Origin: Gaiella sp.
Lineage (GTDB): Bacteria > Actinomycetota > Thermoleophilia > Gaiellales > Gaiellaceae
Direction: 5' to 3'
Assembly: GCA_036745155.1 (NCBI GenBank)
Contig: DAIOGR010000002.1
Location: 1-40,051, forward strand
Length of the DNA: 40,051 bases
Shown here: positions 17,356 to 36,123 of the stretch, piece by piece
How positions within the stretch are numbered: position 1 is the stretch's first letter
Layout of the letters: each line of letters begins with the position of its first letter
Notes under the pieces: generated by a model
What the model was told of the DNA's origin: nothing
Seen by the model: the letters and a program-made list of their open reading frames with translations, nothing else
The model's database searches: none
Made by a program: the position numbers and the translations under genes

Positions 17356-18404
17356 GCCTCTACGACGCCGTCCGCGAGCTCCCGCTCACCGTCGAGGAAT
17401 ACACGCTCGACGGGCTCGAGCTGAACGTCTCGAGCGGCTTTCTCCGCAAGACGACCGTGATCCGGCTGCGCGGCGCCGACGAGGAAGGAATCGGCGAGGA
17501 CGTCACCTACGCGGCCGACGAGCACGACCTGCAGCAGGCCCTCGGCCCGGTGCTCCCGCTCGCGGGGAGCTGGACGCTGCAGACCTTCTCCGACCACCTG
17601 GGCACGCTGCCGCTCTTCGACCACGAGCCCGAGCAGCACGCCTACCTCGACTACCGCCGGTGGGGGTTCGAGAGCGCCGCGCTCGACCTCGCTCTGCGGC
17701 AGGCCGGGGCGTCGCTCGGCGACGCCGTCGGCCGGATGCCTGCCCCTCTCACCTTCGTCGTCTCGATGCGCCTGGGCGAGCCCGCCACGACGGAACGGCT
17801 CCGCGCGTGGCTCGGCCTCTACCCGGGCCTGCGCTTCAAGCTCGACGCGACACCCGACTGGTCGGCGGAGCTGATCGCGGAGCTTGCCGCCACCGGCGCC
17901 GTCGACTCGGTCGACTTCAAGGGCCAGTACCACGGCACGAGCGTCGACGCGCCACCGGATCCCGGGCTCTACCGGCGCGTCGTCGACGGACTGCCCGACG
18001 CGTGGCTCGAGGACCCCGCGCTCACACCGGAGACGGAAGCAGTGCTCGAGCCGCACCGGGAGCGCGTCACCTGGGACGCGATCATCCACTCCGTCGCCGA
18101 CATCGAGGCGCTGCGCTGGCCGCCGCGCACGGTCAACGTGAAACCGTCGCGCTTCGGCTCGGTCGAGCGCCTCTTCGCAGCCTACGAGCACTGCGCCGCC
18201 CACGCGATCGGCGCGTACGGCGGCGGGCAGTTCGAGCTGGGCGTGGGCCGGGGCCAGATCCAGCTGCTCGCCTCGCTGTTCCACCCGGGCACGCCGAACG
18301 ACGTCGCTCCCGGCGGCTTCAACGTCGACCCGCAGCCCGGGCTGCCCGTGAGCCCACTCGCGCTCGAGCCGGAGCCGATCGGGTTCCGGCTGCGCGCCGC
18401 ATGA
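17352..18404 (+). CDS. Enolase-superfamily (MLE/OSBS-like fold) protein of unknown function
   Basis: G.GED, FESAALDLAL capping domain; FKLD, DFKG, LEDP, WDA, NVKPSRFG barrel motifs; TTG start overlapping the psuG stop, with AGGAG SD. Confidence 0.8.
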   Translation: MSLYDAVRELPLTVEEYTLDGLELNVSSGFLRKTTVIRLRGADEEGIGEDVTYAADEHDLQQALGPVLPLAGSWTLQTFSDHLGTLPLFDHEPEQHAYLDYRRWGFESAALDLALRQAGASLGDAVGRMPAPLTFVVSMRLGEPATTERLRAWLGLYPGLRFKLDATPDWSAELIAELAATGAVDSVDFKGQYHGTSVDAPPDPGLYRRVVDGLPDAWLEDPALTPETEAVLEPHRERVTWDAIIHSVADIEALRWPPRTVNVKPSRFGSVERLFAAYEHCAAHAIGAYGGGQFELGVGRGQIQLLASLFHPGTPNDVAPGGFNVDPQPGLPVSPLALEPEPIGFRLRAA

Positions 18405-19585
18405 GCAGCGGCGGGCGCCCCGCGCTCGCGCACTCGGCCGAGAGCGTCGCCTACTCGCGCATCCGCGAGCTCGCCGAGGAGGCGATGTCGATGGACGGCG
18501 TGCTCCGTCTCTACTTCGGCGAGTCGGACATCCCGACCCCCGCTTTCATCAAGGACGCGGCCGCCCGGGCACTCGCGGACGGCTTCACCTTCTACAGCCA
18601 GAACGCCGGCCTGCCGTCGCTCCGGGCGGCGCTGGCCGCCCTGTACGAGCGCCTCCACGGGGTCGAGCTCGATCCGGCCGGCGAGATCGTGATCACCGCC
18701 TCGGGCACGGAAGCGATTCATCTCGCGGTCCGCTGCATGATCGACCCCGGCGACGAGGCGCTGATCCTGACCCCCGCCTGGCCGAACGGGTCGGCGATCG
18801 TGGCGCTCGCGAACGGTGTCCCCCGCGAGATCGCCCAGCCCCTCGTAGGAGACCGTTACACCATTGACTTCCAAGCACTGGAGGCGGCGCTCACCCCGCG
18901 GACGCGGCTGCTCGCCTACACGTCACCGTCGAACCCGCTCGGCTGGGTCGCCACCGAGGACGATCAGGAACGTCTCCTCGAGCTCTGTCGCGCGCACGGG
19001 CTCTGGCTGCTTGCCGACGAGGTGTACGAGCGGCTCTGGTACGGCCGGTCGCCGGGCGAGCCCGCTCCCTCGATCCTGCGCAAGGCGACCCGGGACGACC
19101 GCGTGACCGTCGTGCAGTCCTTCTCGAAGGCCTACTCGATGACGGGATGGCGCATCGGCTGGCTCGTAGCCCGCCGCGACCTCGGCGTCAAGGCGGCCCA
19201 GCTGAACGAGTACGTCGTCTCCCACGCGGCGAGCTTCACCCAGAAGGCCGCCGAGACCGCCCTCTCGGCCGGGGAGCCATGGCTCCAGGAGATGGTCGAG
19301 ACGCTGCGCGACCGCCGCGACCTTTGCCTCGACGCGCTGCGCTCCATGCCTCGTGTGGTCGTGCCCGTACCGGACGGCGCCTTCTACCTGTTCCCCCGCA
19401 TCGAGGGCATGCGCGACTCGTTCGCGTTCTGCCGGCGGCTGCTCCACGAGCAGCGCGTGGGGATCGCCCCCGGCGTTGCCTTCGGTGCCGGCGGCGAGGG
19501 CTCCGTGCGCCTCTGCTACGCGGCCGAGCGCGCCACGCTCGAGGCGGCGCTCGAGCGGCTGGACGCGTTCCTCCGGGCGGGGTAG
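18401..19585 (+). CDS. PLP-dependent aminotransferase class I/II
   Basis: SPSNPLG, DEVY, SFSKAYSMTGWRIGW, GAFY; ATGA overlap with the upstream gene. Confidence 0.93.
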   Translation: MSSGGRPALAHSAESVAYSRIRELAEEAMSMDGVLRLYFGESDIPTPAFIKDAAARALADGFTFYSQNAGLPSLRAALAALYERLHGVELDPAGEIVITASGTEAIHLAVRCMIDPGDEALILTPAWPNGSAIVALANGVPREIAQPLVGDRYTIDFQALEAALTPRTRLLAYTSPSNPLGWVATEDDQERLLELCRAHGLWLLADEVYERLWYGRSPGEPAPSILRKATRDDRVTVVQSFSKAYSMTGWRIGWLVARRDLGVKAAQLNEYVVSHAASFTQKAAETALSAGEPWLQEMVETLRDRRDLCLDALRSMPRVVVPVPDGAFYLFPRIEGMRDSFAFCRRLLHEQRVGIAPGVAFGAGGEGSVRLCYAAERATLEAALERLDAFLRAG

Positions 19586-19593
19586 CCGCCTGC

Positions 19594-19881
19594 CTAGCCT
19601 TCGAGCGAGGCGAGCAGGTCGTCGACGTTCACGAGCGGCAACGACTCGATCTTCGCGCTCCCCCGCGCTCCGAGCGCGACCGAGACGCGGGCGATCGTGA
19701 GGTCGTCGGGCGCCTCGACGATGTTGACGAAGTCGTACTCCCCGAGCGAGGCCCACTGGTGCAGCACCCGGGCGCCCAACTCCTCGACGTCGTGGTTGAC
19801 CTCCCGCAGGCGGCCGGGGTTGGACTTCAGCGTCTGGACGCCCTTCTCGGTCAGCGTCGTCAGCATCAGGTAGGTCGGCAT
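19594..19881 (-). CDS. GYD domain-containing protein
   Basis: MPTYLML..LT..G, LGEYDFVNIVEAPD; GGAGGA SD upstream. Confidence 0.88.
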   Translation of the reverse strand: MPTYLMLTTLTEKGVQTLKSNPGRLREVNHDVEELGARVLHQWASLGEYDFVNIVEAPDDLTIARVSVALGARGSAKIESLPLVNVDDLLASLEG

Positions 19882-19911
19882 GTGTCCTCCAGTCGGATTG
19901 CGGGGGAGAGC

Positions 19912-20634
19912 CTACTCCGCCGCGCCGCGAGGGGCGACGCCGGTGGTCGCGGGCTCGGCCCGGGTGCCGCCGACCCGCGCAACCTGATCGCCGTAGAGGA
20001 GCGCACCACCGAGGAAGAGCACGGGCGAGAGCACGAGACCGGCGAGAAACGCAGCCACCCGCTCGGAGTTGTCGGCGTAGTTCTGCAGGAGCAGCGCCGC
20101 TGCGATCTGCGTCAGGAAGACGAGAATCGTCAGCGTCGCGAGGCCGCCGAGCGCGTGGGCGTAGTCGGCGCGTCCGAGCTCCAGTCCCCGCCGCAAGGCC
20201 GCGCGGACACCGAGGCCCTCGACGAGCGCGGCAGGCACCGCCAGCCCGACGAGGGCGAACCACGCGAGGCCCGGCAGCACGAACACTGCGGCGAGGAACG
20301 GGAACGGCACCCAGACGAGGACGCCGACGAGGAACGCGGTCAGCGCGTGGCGCGACCGCAGGGGCACTCCCGACACGACGGCGCAGGCACCGACGAACGA
20401 CGCCGTGGCGGCCACCGCGCCCGCGAACGGCACGATCTCGAGGGTCTGCGAGCGGTCGAACCCCGTGGCGGCTGTGCTCAGAAGCGCGGCCGGCAGCCCG
20501 ATCAGCAGGGCGGCCTGCCAGTGTGCGCCGTACAGCTTGATCGTCTCGGCCACGAGCTGCCCGACGGTCCGGGTCGCAGGCGGGAGCGGTGGGGGAAGTG
20601 GGCCCGAGCTCTTCGGGTAGCGGGGGCGCGACAT
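19912..20634 (-). CDS. Hypothetical integral membrane protein
   Basis: PPATRTVGQLVAETIKLY followed by about 6 hydrophobic helices; ATG 20634 preceded by TACCGT. Confidence 0.75.
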   Translation of the reverse strand: MSRPRYPKSSGPLPPPLPPATRTVGQLVAETIKLYGAHWQAALLIGLPAALLSTAATGFDRSQTLEIVPFAGAVAATASFVGACAVVSGVPLRSRHALTAFLVGVLVWVPFPFLAAVFVLPGLAWFALVGLAVPAALVEGLGVRAALRRGLELGRADYAHALGGLATLTILVFLTQIAAALLLQNYADNSERVAAFLAGLVLSPVLFLGGALLYGDQVARVGGTRAEPATTGVAPRGAAE

Positions 20635-20657
20635 CGGCCGAACGGTACCCGCGCGCC

Positions 20658-21209
20658 TCAGCAAGCCTGCGCTCGAAGCGCGGAGGCAACCGCGGCGACG
20701 AGCGCCGGGAGAGCCTCCTCGAGCGCTGCCAGGGCGTCGTCGATCCGCCAGAGTGAGCGGTCGCGCTCTCCGACTTCGTTCGAGATCGACCTGACCTCGA
20801 GCGCGGGAATCCCTGCGAGCGCGGCGGCACGAAGCACACCGAACCCCTCCATTGCCTCGACGGGGACGTCGTGACCGGCCCCGCCCACGGCGGCGCTCGT
20901 CCCGATCTGGACGACCGGTGAGTCGGGGAGCGCACGGCGCACAGCGTCGACGAGTCGCGGATCTGCAGTCACCCGATCCACGAGGGGGAACGCAGCAGCA
21001 AGATCGCAGTAGACGGCCTCGGCGCCGATCACGACGCTGCCGGGGGCGATCCCCCGTCCCCCGGCGATGCCGACGTGCACGACGGCGTCGGGCCGGTCTC
21101 GCTGCAGCGCGGCGGCCACGGTCGCAGCGGCCTCGACGGGGCCGACCCCGCACACGAGCCCGTCCGTGCCGCAGAGCTCGAGCGTGGTCGCTGCGACGAG
21201 GAGTGGCAT
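20658..21209 (-). CDS. mqnB: Futalosine hydrolase (PNP/MTAN family)
   Basis: LLVAAT..E, GVGPVEAA, GIAGG, EAMEGFGV..AA, EVRSISN.VG.RDR..W. Confidence 0.8.
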   Translation of the reverse strand: MPLLVAATTLELCGTDGLVCGVGPVEAAATVAAALQRDRPDAVVHVGIAGGRGIAPGSVVIGAEAVYCDLAAAFPLVDRVTADPRLVDAVRRALPDSPVVQIGTSAAVGGAGHDVPVEAMEGFGVLRAAALAGIPALEVRSISNEVGERDRSLWRIDDALAALEEALPALVAAVASALRAQAC

Positions 21210-21290
21210 CGCCGAAGCGTACGGGCAGTCGCGCTTCAGGGGGTGGCTGGCCTTCGGAGGCGCGCCGCCGCGCCCGCGGCGCCGTGCTTC

Positions 21291-23762
<2,472 letters not shown>

Positions 23763-23800
23763 CTGCTCTCCTGGGAAGGCGGGCGAATCACGTCTTGCCC

Positions 23801-24163
23801 CTACGGGTTCCTCGCCGGAGGCTGCGGCCGGTAGAGAACCACCTCGCGGCGGTAGTGCCTGTGCGTCTCGTGGATCTCGGAGCGCAGCTCGGCCTCGAGC
23901 CGGGCCATGCGGGCGCGCAGGCGCTGCAGCTCGTCTTCCAGGCGGAGCACGTGCTCGACCCCGGCCAGGTTGAGGCCGAGCTTGGTGGTCAGCGACTGGA
24001 TCAGGCGGAGCCGCTCGACGTCGCGCTCGGAGTAGAGGCGCGTGCCCCCGGGGGTGCGGGCGGGGCGAACCAGGCCCTTCGCCTCGTAGGCGCGAAGCGT
24101 TTGTGGGTGCATGCCGGCGAGCTCGGCGGCGACGCTGATCATGTAGCGGGGTCGGTCAGGCAT
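23801..24163 (-). CDS. hspR: Heat-shock repressor HspR (MerR family)
   Basis: [39 protein letters not shown]; follows dnaJ; HAIR boxes upstream of the operon. Confidence 0.92.
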   Translation of the reverse strand: MPDRPRYMISVAAELAGMHPQTLRAYEAKGLVRPARTPGGTRLYSERDVERLRLIQSLTTKLGLNLAGVEHVLRLEDELQRLRARMARLEAELRSEIHETHRHYRREVVLYRPQPPARNP

Positions 24164-25253
24164 CGCGCGCCGCCCTGTCGAAGCGCTCACGCGGACGCTC
24201 CCGCAGCACCCTGTCGTAGCCCTCGAGTGCCTCCTTCTCCGTCTTCGTCAGCTTTTGCGGCACCGTCACCTTCACGCGGGCGAGGAGGTCGCCCTTGCCG
24301 CCGCCGCGGAGCTTGGGCGCACCCCGCCCCCTGACGCGCAGGAGCTTGCCGGTCTCGGTGCCGGCCGGCACCTTGAGCGCCACCGGGCCGTCCGGCGTGG
24401 GGATCTCGACGGTCGCACCGAGCGCCGCCTCGGGGTAGGTGACGGGGAGCTCGAGCACGAGGTCCGCACCACGCCGTTCGTAGAGCGGCGACGCCGTCAC
24501 GGTGACGACGACGAAGAGGTCGCCTGCCGGGCCGCCGTTCCGCCCGGGCTCGCCCTTTCCCTTCAGCCGCACCCTCGTGCCGCTCTTGGCGCCCGGCGGG
24601 ATCTTCACGGCGTAGCGCTTGGTGACGCGCTCGCGCCCGGCGCCGCGGCACGCCTTGCAGGGCTTCTCGACGATGACGCCGTTGCCGCGGCAGCGGGGGC
24701 AGGGCTGCGAGAAGGCGAACAGCCCGTGCGAGTCGGAGGTCGTGCCGGAGCCGCCGCACTCCGGGCAGGTCAACGGCGACGTGCCCGGCTCGGCGCCCGT
24801 GCCGTGACACACGTGGCAGGGAGACTCGACGTCCACGGGCACGCGCACCTGCGCACCGGCGAGCGCGTCCTCGAAGGACAGCTGGACGTGCGACTCGAGG
24901 TCGGCTCCACGCTCGGGCTGCGGCCGCGCCCGACGGCCCGCCCCGCGACCGAAGAGGCCGCCGAACTGGCCGAGCAGGTCGGACAGGTCGACGTTCTCGA
25001 AGCGGACGTCGCTGCCCGGCGGGAAGCCGGAGCCGCGTGGCCCGGCGGCGCCGAACTGGTCGTACTGCTTCCGCTTGTCGGCGTCGGAGAGGATGTCGTA
25101 GGCGCCCTGGACCTCCTTGAACCGCTCCTCGGCGGCCGCGTCGCCCGGGTTGCGGTCCGGGTGATACTGGCGCGCGAGCTTGCGGTACGCCTTCTTCACC
25201 TCGTCGTCGGACGCGGACTTGGGCACGCCGAGCACCTGGTACGGATCAGGCAT
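24156..25253 (-). CDS. dnaJ: Chaperone DnaJ
   Basis: J domain with HPD and four CxxCxGxG repeats. Confidence 0.96.
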   Translation of the reverse strand: MPDPYQVLGVPKSASDDEVKKAYRKLARQYHPDRNPGDAAAEERFKEVQGAYDILSDADKRKQYDQFGAAGPRGSGFPPGSDVRFENVDLSDLLGQFGGLFGRGAGRRARPQPERGADLESHVQLSFEDALAGAQVRVPVDVESPCHVCHGTGAEPGTSPLTCPECGGSGTTSDSHGLFAFSQPCPRCRGNGVIVEKPCKACRGAGRERVTKRYAVKIPPGAKSGTRVRLKGKGEPGRNGGPAGDLFVVVTVTASPLYERRGADLVLELPVTYPEAALGATVEIPTPDGPVALKVPAGTETGKLLRVRGRGAPKLRGGGKGDLLARVKVTVPQKLTKTEKEALEGYDRVLRERPRERFDRAARDA

Positions 25254-25289
25254 GCCGGGCCTCCAGGGGTGCGGCAGGGTCGGTGATCG

Positions 25290-25891
25290 CTATCCCTCCT
25301 CTGCCGCCGCGACGATCACGCGGGCCGGCCGCAGCACGACGTCGCCGAGGCGGTAGCCCCTCTGCACGACCTGGACGATCTGACCCGGCTCGACGCCTTC
25401 CACCGGCTGGGTCATCAGCGCCTCGTGGGCGTGAGGGTCGAAAGCGCCCTCGGCCTCGATCTCGACGAGCCCTTCGGAGGCGAGGGTCGACGCGAGTGCT
25501 GCCCGCGTCAGCTCCACGCCCTCGATCAGCTTCGCCTGCTCGTGCTGCTCGGCCGCGTCGAGCGCGCGCTCGAGGTCGTCGAGCACGGGCAACAGCTTCG
25601 CGATCAGGCGCTCGTGGGCTCGGGCCGCGAAGGCCTGCTGCTCGCGCACCGCCCGCTTGCGGTAGTTGTCGAAGTCGGCGGCGAGCCGCTGCAGGTCGGC
25701 GAGGTACTCGTCGCGCTTCGCCTCGGCTGCGGCCAGCCGCTCGAGCATCTCGCCGGCCTCCTGCTCGGCATCGTCCTCGAGGACGGCCGCATCGTGCTCG
25801 GGCGCGTCGGCCGTCGCGACGGGAGCGAGTGGCTCCGAGCCACTCGCTCCGCCGGCGGCCGGAGCCCGCGTGAGATCAGCGTGCTCCTCGC

Positions 25892-25895
<4 letters not shown>
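25290..25895 (-). CDS. grpE: Nucleotide exchange factor GrpE
   Basis: [39 protein letters not shown] overlaps the dnaK stop. Confidence 0.95.
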
Positions 25896-27808
<1,913 letters not shown>

Positions 27809-27845
27809 GATGTCTGTGGTGCTCCTTCCTGGGGGCTCTCAGCTG

Positions 27846-27891
27846 CTTGAGTCGTGGAGACTCAGATAAATCTAAGCGTGAGAGTATCAGA
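27846..27891. promoter_or_regulatory. Two tandem HAIR (HspR operator) sites
   Basis: CTTGAGT-N7-ACTCAGA (27846-27866) and degenerate TCTAAGC-N7-TATCAGA (27871-27891), against the consensus CTTGAGT-N7-ACTCAAG, just upstream of dnaK. Confidence 0.88.
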
Positions 27892-27894
27892 TCT

Positions 27895-28743
27895 CTAGCG
27901 GGTGGCGCCGATCAGCACGCCGCCCGCCACGACGAGGGCCGCCCCCGCCACGAGGCGCCGGCCGACGAGCTCGTGGCGGCGCAGGAAGAGCGCCGACAAC
28001 GAGACGCCCCAGAGCGACTCCGTCGCGACGAGCGGCGAGACGACGCTGAGACGCCCGAGGTAGAAGGCCTCGAACAGGCTCACGTACGACAGCCCGAAGA
28101 GAACCCCCGCCGGGACGTACGCGGGCAGCGGCCGCAGCGAGATCGGGCGGCGTGAGACCAGGATCACGAGGACGATCGTGAGCGCGCCGGAGGCCATCGT
28201 GGCGAGCGCTGCCAGCGGCGGCGTGACGGCCGTGTCCACCGCCAGCCAGCGAACCAGGGTGTCCCGCAGAGCGAAGACGGCCGCTGCGCAGACGGCGAGG
28301 ACGAGGCCGGTCACCTTCACGTGGGCGGGGCGCCCGCGCTCCCCCGCGAGCAACAGGCCCCCGGCGACGATCAGGACGGCACCGCCCACGATCCCCGCGA
28401 CGAGCGGCTCGCCGAGCAGCACGATCGCGAACACGACCGCGAACAGGGGTGCCGTCCCCACCGCGGCCGACGTCCGCGACGGGCCGGCGTCGCGGACGGC
28501 GAACGTGAACAGCACCTGCGAGAACCCCGGCGCGAGCACCCCTGCGAGCAGGAAAGGCCACATGCCGGCGACGTCCAGGTCACCGACCAGCGCCGCAGTC
28601 GCGAAGGCGACACCGAGCGCGCACAGTACGGTGAGGAGCGCCCCGAGCAGCGGGTCGTCGCCGCGGGCGAGCGCCGGGCGCAGAGCCACGGTCATCGCTC
28701 CGAACAGGAAGGCGGAGCAGAGGGCGAGTGCGACGGCACCCAT
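27895..28743 (-). CDS. DMT/EamA family transporter
   Basis: About 10 TM helices in two repeats; ATG 28743 overlaps the upstream stop (TGATG). Confidence 0.85.
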   Translation of the reverse strand: MGAVALALCSAFLFGAMTVALRPALARGDDPLLGALLTVLCALGVAFATAALVGDLDVAGMWPFLLAGVLAPGFSQVLFTFAVRDAGPSRTSAAVGTAPLFAVVFAIVLLGEPLVAGIVGGAVLIVAGGLLLAGERGRPAHVKVTGLVLAVCAAAVFALRDTLVRWLAVDTAVTPPLAALATMASGALTIVLVILVSRRPISLRPLPAYVPAGVLFGLSYVSLFEAFYLGRLSVVSPLVATESLWGVSLSALFLRRHELVGRRLVAGAALVVAGGVLIGATR

Positions 28744-29636
28744 CAGGCCCGCGCTCCGCGTGCGACGGCGAGCCTGCGCAGGGTCGCTGCAGCGGCAGGC
28801 TCGGCGAGGAGGATGCCCGCCAACATGACGCCGCAGCCGGCCCAGCCGATCCAGCCGAGCCGCTCGCTCAGGAGCACGACGCCGAAGAGCGCTGCGAACG
28901 GAGCCTCGAGCGTGAACACGAGCGCCGCCCGGGCCGCAGTCGTGCGAGCCTGCACCCACGTTGCCACCAGGTACCCGAGCGCACCGGCGAAGACGCCGGT
29001 GACGACGAGGGCGTACCACACCGAGGCCTGCTCCGGTAGCGAGAGCTCGCCACGGGTGAGAGCGATCGCCGTGAACCCCGCGCACGAGACGGCCATCTGC
29101 AGGAACGTGAGCGCCCGGGCGTCGTAGCGCGGCGCGAACCGCTCCATCGCGGCGATCTGGAACGACTGCGCCACGGCGTTCCCGAGGACGAGCGCATTCC
29201 CGAGCGCAGATCCTCCGGGGATGCCGTTGAGGAGCAGCAGGCCCACGAGCGACAGGCCGACCCCGGCCCAGGCGACGGGCGGCACCGGTGTGCGGAACAG
29301 CGCCAGCGCGATCACGGGCGTCAGCACGACGTAGAGGCCCGTGATGAACCCGGTGCTGGACACGGTCGTCAGCTCGAGCCCCGCGGTCTGGAGGCCGTAG
29401 GCGGCCGCCAGCAGGACGCCGGCGCCCAGACCGGCGAGGAAGCCGCCGAGCGGGAGCTCGCGCAGCGGCGCCAGCGCGAACGGCGCGAGCACCGCCGTGG
29501 AGACGGCGAACCGCACCGCCAGGAAGGCGAACAGCGGGTACAGCGCCACGGCGTCCTGGACGGGCACGAACGTGTAGCCCCAGACGGCGGTGACGGCGAC
29601 GAGCGCCAGGAGCGGCGCTGAGCGCGACCCGTGCAT
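28743..29636 (-). CDS. DMT/EamA family transporter
   Basis: VWG.TF, LAVRF, QTAGL..TT...GFITGL, LEAPFAA motifs. Confidence 0.9.
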   Translation of the reverse strand: MHGSRSAPLLALVAVTAVWGYTFVPVQDAVALYPLFAFLAVRFAVSTAVLAPFALAPLRELPLGGFLAGLGAGVLLAAAYGLQTAGLELTTVSSTGFITGLYVVLTPVIALALFRTPVPPVAWAGVGLSLVGLLLLNGIPGGSALGNALVLGNAVAQSFQIAAMERFAPRYDARALTFLQMAVSCAGFTAIALTRGELSLPEQASVWYALVVTGVFAGALGYLVATWVQARTTAARAALVFTLEAPFAALFGVVLLSERLGWIGWAGCGVMLAGILLAEPAAAATLRRLAVARGARA

Positions 29637-29682
29637 CCGCGCAGGCTACTGGCACGGCCCGGGCGGGTACGCTCCACGAACG

Positions 29683-30684
29683 ATGGGCGTCACCGACACC
29701 CTGGGTCGACCGCTCCGAGACCTGCGCATCTCGGTCACCGATCGGTGCAACTTCCGTTGCGTGTACTGCATGCCGAAGGAGGTGTTCGGACGCGGCTACC
29801 GCTTCATGGATCGCAAGGAGCTGCTCACGTTCGAGGAGCTGGAGCGCCTCGCGCGCGCGTTCGTCGCGCACGGGGTGGAGAAGATCCGCATCACGGGCGG
29901 CGAGCCCCTGCTGCGCCGCGACCTCGAGGTGCTGATCGAGCGCCTCGTCGCGCTCGGCGGCCTCGACGTGACGCTGACGACGAACGGAGCGCTGCTGCCG
30001 CAGAAGGCGCAGCTGCTCGCCGACGCAGGCGTCCGCCGGATCACCGTCAGCCTCGACTCGCTCGAGGACGCGACGTTCCGGGTGATGAACGACGTGGCGT
30101 TCCCCGTCTCCCGCGTGCTCGACGGCATCGCAGCGGCGTCCGCAGCAGGCCTCTCCGTCAAGGTGAACACCGTCGTCAAGCGCGGCGTCAACGACGGCGA
30201 GGTGCTCGCGCTCGCCCGCCACTTCCGCGGCTCGGGGCACATCCTCCGCTTCATCGAGTTCATGGACGTCGGAGCAACGAACGGCTGGCGGCTCGACGAC
30301 GTCGTTCCCGCCGCCGAGATCGTCGGCATGATCGACGCCGAGCTCCCGCTCGAGCCGGCCGACCCGAACTACCCCGGCGAGGTCGCCCGTCGCTGGCGCT
30401 ACCGGGACGGCGCCGGCGAGATCGGGGTGATCGCCTCGGTGACCCAGCCGTTCTGCGGCGACTGCACACGCGCCCGCATCTCCGCCGAAGGGCGTCTCTA
30501 CACGTGCCTGTTCGCGGCCAGGGGGCACGACCTGCGCGCGCTCGTGCGCTCGGGCGCGCCCGACGAGGCGTTGCAGGAGACGATCGGGCGCCTGTGGGCG
30601 CCGCGCGCCGACCGTTACTCGGAGATCCGCTCGCAAAGCACGGGGAAACTGCCGCGGATCGAGATGTCGTATATCGGCGGCTGA
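29683..30684 (+). CDS. moaA: GTP 3',8-cyclase
   Basis: [33 protein letters not shown]-terminal IGG. Confidence 0.96.
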   Translation: MGVTDTLGRPLRDLRISVTDRCNFRCVYCMPKEVFGRGYRFMDRKELLTFEELERLARAFVAHGVEKIRITGGEPLLRRDLEVLIERLVALGGLDVTLTTNGALLPQKAQLLADAGVRRITVSLDSLEDATFRVMNDVAFPVSRVLDGIAAASAAGLSVKVNTVVKRGVNDGEVLALARHFRGSGHILRFIEFMDVGATNGWRLDDVVPAAEIVGMIDAELPLEPADPNYPGEVARRWRYRDGAGEIGVIASVTQPFCGDCTRARISAEGRLYTCLFAARGHDLRALVRSGAPDEALQETIGRLWAPRADRYSEIRSQSTGKLPRIEMSYIGG

Positions 30685-30767
30685 CGCCGAGCCCGGTGCG
30701 GGAACACCGTAACGGGCTCCGCGGCAGCCCGGATGCTCGCCCGGACGGGGGCCGCGATCCTCGAGGC

Positions 30768-34324
<3,557 letters not shown>

Positions 34325-34328
<4 letters not shown>

Positions 34329-35341
34329 GCCCCGACCTGCGCACCACCTACCTGGGGCTGCAGCTGAAGAGCCCGCTCGTGGCCTCCGCCTCCCCGCTCA
34401 CCGGCACGCTCGACAGCCTGAAGGCGCTCGAAGAGGCGGGAGCGGCTGCGGTCATCCTCCCCTCGCTCTTCGAGGAGCAGATCGAGCACGAGGAGACGAC
34501 CGTGCACGACATGCTCGAGCAGGGCGTGCACAGCTTCGGCGAGGCACTCACCTACTTCCCCGAGATGGACGACTACAACACGGGGCCCGGCGCATACCTG
34601 GAGCACGTGGCCGCCGCCAAGGAGGCGCTCTCGATCCCCGTGATCGCATCGATCAACGGGGTCACGCCGGGTGGCTGGGTGCGGTACGCAGAGCTGCTCC
34701 AGGAGGCGGGCGCCGACGCGATCGAGCTCAACGTCTATGCGGTCGAGACGGATCGCTACGCCTCCTCCGCCAGCGTCGAGGATCGCACGCTCCGGCTCGT
34801 CAGCAAGGTCCGCGGCGCGCTCGACGTGCCTCTCGCCGTCAAGGTCGGTCCGTACTACACCGCCTTCGCGAACACCGCCTCCCGGCTCGCCGACGCGGGC
34901 GCCGCGGGGCTCGTCCTCTTCAACCGCTTCCTGCAGCCCGACATCGACCTGGAGACGATGACGGTACGGCCCGAGCTGCACCTCTCCACGAATGACGAGA
35001 TGCGGCTGCCCCTGCGCTGGATCGCGATCCTGCGCGGCCGCGTCCCCGTCAGCCTGGCGGCGACGAGCGGCGTGCAGACGAAGGACGACGTGCTGAAGCT
35101 GCTGCTCGCGGGCGCGGACGTCGTCATGCTGGCGTCCGCCCTGCTCCGCGAGGGGCCGGGGCTGCTACGCGAGCTCACCGCCGGGGTCTCCGAGTGGGTC
35201 GAAGAGCGCGAGTACGCCTCGATCGAGCAGCTCAAGGGCAGCATGAGCCAGGAGACGTGCGGCGACCCGCGCGCGTTCGAGCGGGCGCAATACGTGCGGG
35301 CACTCGTCGATTACCAGAGCCATGCGCGGAAAGGGAACTGA
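34325..35341 (+). CDS. Dihydroorotate dehydrogenase-like flavoprotein
   Basis: TTYLGLQLKSPLVASASPL, LPSLFEEQI, LFNRF.QPD; GTGA overlap with nifJ and AAGGAGG SD. Confidence 0.88.
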
Positions 35342-35370
35342 CCGGCCAGAAGCGATAGAATGGCAGCGGC

Positions 35371-36123
35371 GTGTCGAGCTATGCCGCATCGGTGAGCCGG
35401 AAGTTGCCACGCGGCTGGACGCATCTCGCGCTCCAGTTCGCGTTCTGGATGGGCTTCTACGTCGTGTACCAGGTGGTGCGCGGCGTCGCCGACCGCAGTG
35501 TGGCAGCCGCCTTCTGGAACGGGCTGTGGGTGATCGAGGCGGAGCAGCGTGTCGGTGCCCTGTTCGAGCCGACCTTGCAGCGCCTCGTCGACTCGTCGGG
35601 CCTCCTCGTCACGGCCACGTCCTACACCTACTGGCTTTCGCAGTTCGCCGTGGTGGGGATCACGCTCCTCTGGGTCTACTTCGAGCACCACGACCGCTTC
35701 GCAGGCTTCCGCAACTGGCTGATCGGGGCGAACCTGCTCGGGCTGCTCGGCTACATCCTCGTCCCCACGGCGCCGCCCCGCATGTTCCCCGAGTGGGGCT
35801 TCGCCGACACGCTCGCAGAACATGCCTCCCTGAGCCACGACAGCGGGCTGATCGCGCTCGCCTCCAATCCCTATGCGGCGATGCCGAGCCTCCACTCGAT
35901 GGACGCCGTCATCGTCGGCATCGTCATGTTCGGCGTTTGCAGGTCGCTCGTGGCGCGGATCCTCTGGCTGCTCTGGCCCGCGTGGGTCTGGTTCTCCGTG
36001 ATGGGAACCGGTAACCACTACTGGCTCGACGTCGTCGCCGGCGTCGGACTGGCGCTCGCGACCGGGCTCGTCCTCTTCCGCCGCAGCGTCTTCTCACGCT
36101 GGCGCCCGGTAGCCGAGGGGTGA
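35371..36123 (+). CDS. PAP2 superfamily membrane protein (AUR1/IPC-synthase-like)
   Basis: PTAPPR, NPYAAMPSLH, TGNHYWLD motifs; 6 TM helices. Confidence 0.88.
   Translation: MSSYAASVSRKLPRGWTHLALQFAFWMGFYVVYQVVRGVADRSVAAAFWNGLWVIEAEQRVGALFEPTLQRLVDSSGLLVTATSYTYWLSQFAVVGITLLWVYFEHHDRFAGFRNWLIGANLLGLLGYILVPTAPPRMFPEWGFADTLAEHASLSHDSGLIALASNPYAAMPSLHSMDAVIVGIVMFGVCRSLVARILWLLWPAWVWFSVMGTGNHYWLDVVAGVGLALATGLVLFRRSVFSRWRPVAEG

Noticed and set aside
17352..18404. Calling the enolase-like protein MenC
   Set aside because: No other men genes nearby, KxK motif absent, and mqnB points to the futalosine pathway
29631..30767. Apparent large N-terminal extensions in the ORF track (nifJ 1565 aa, DMT 913 aa, grpE 763 aa, LCP 716 aa, ROK 639 aa, aminotransferase 641 aa)
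   Set aside because: The extensions overlap other real genes and are Arg/Pro/Gly-rich noise; true starts have SD or -10 support. The ino1 extension differs because it occupies otherwise empty sequence and is protein-like
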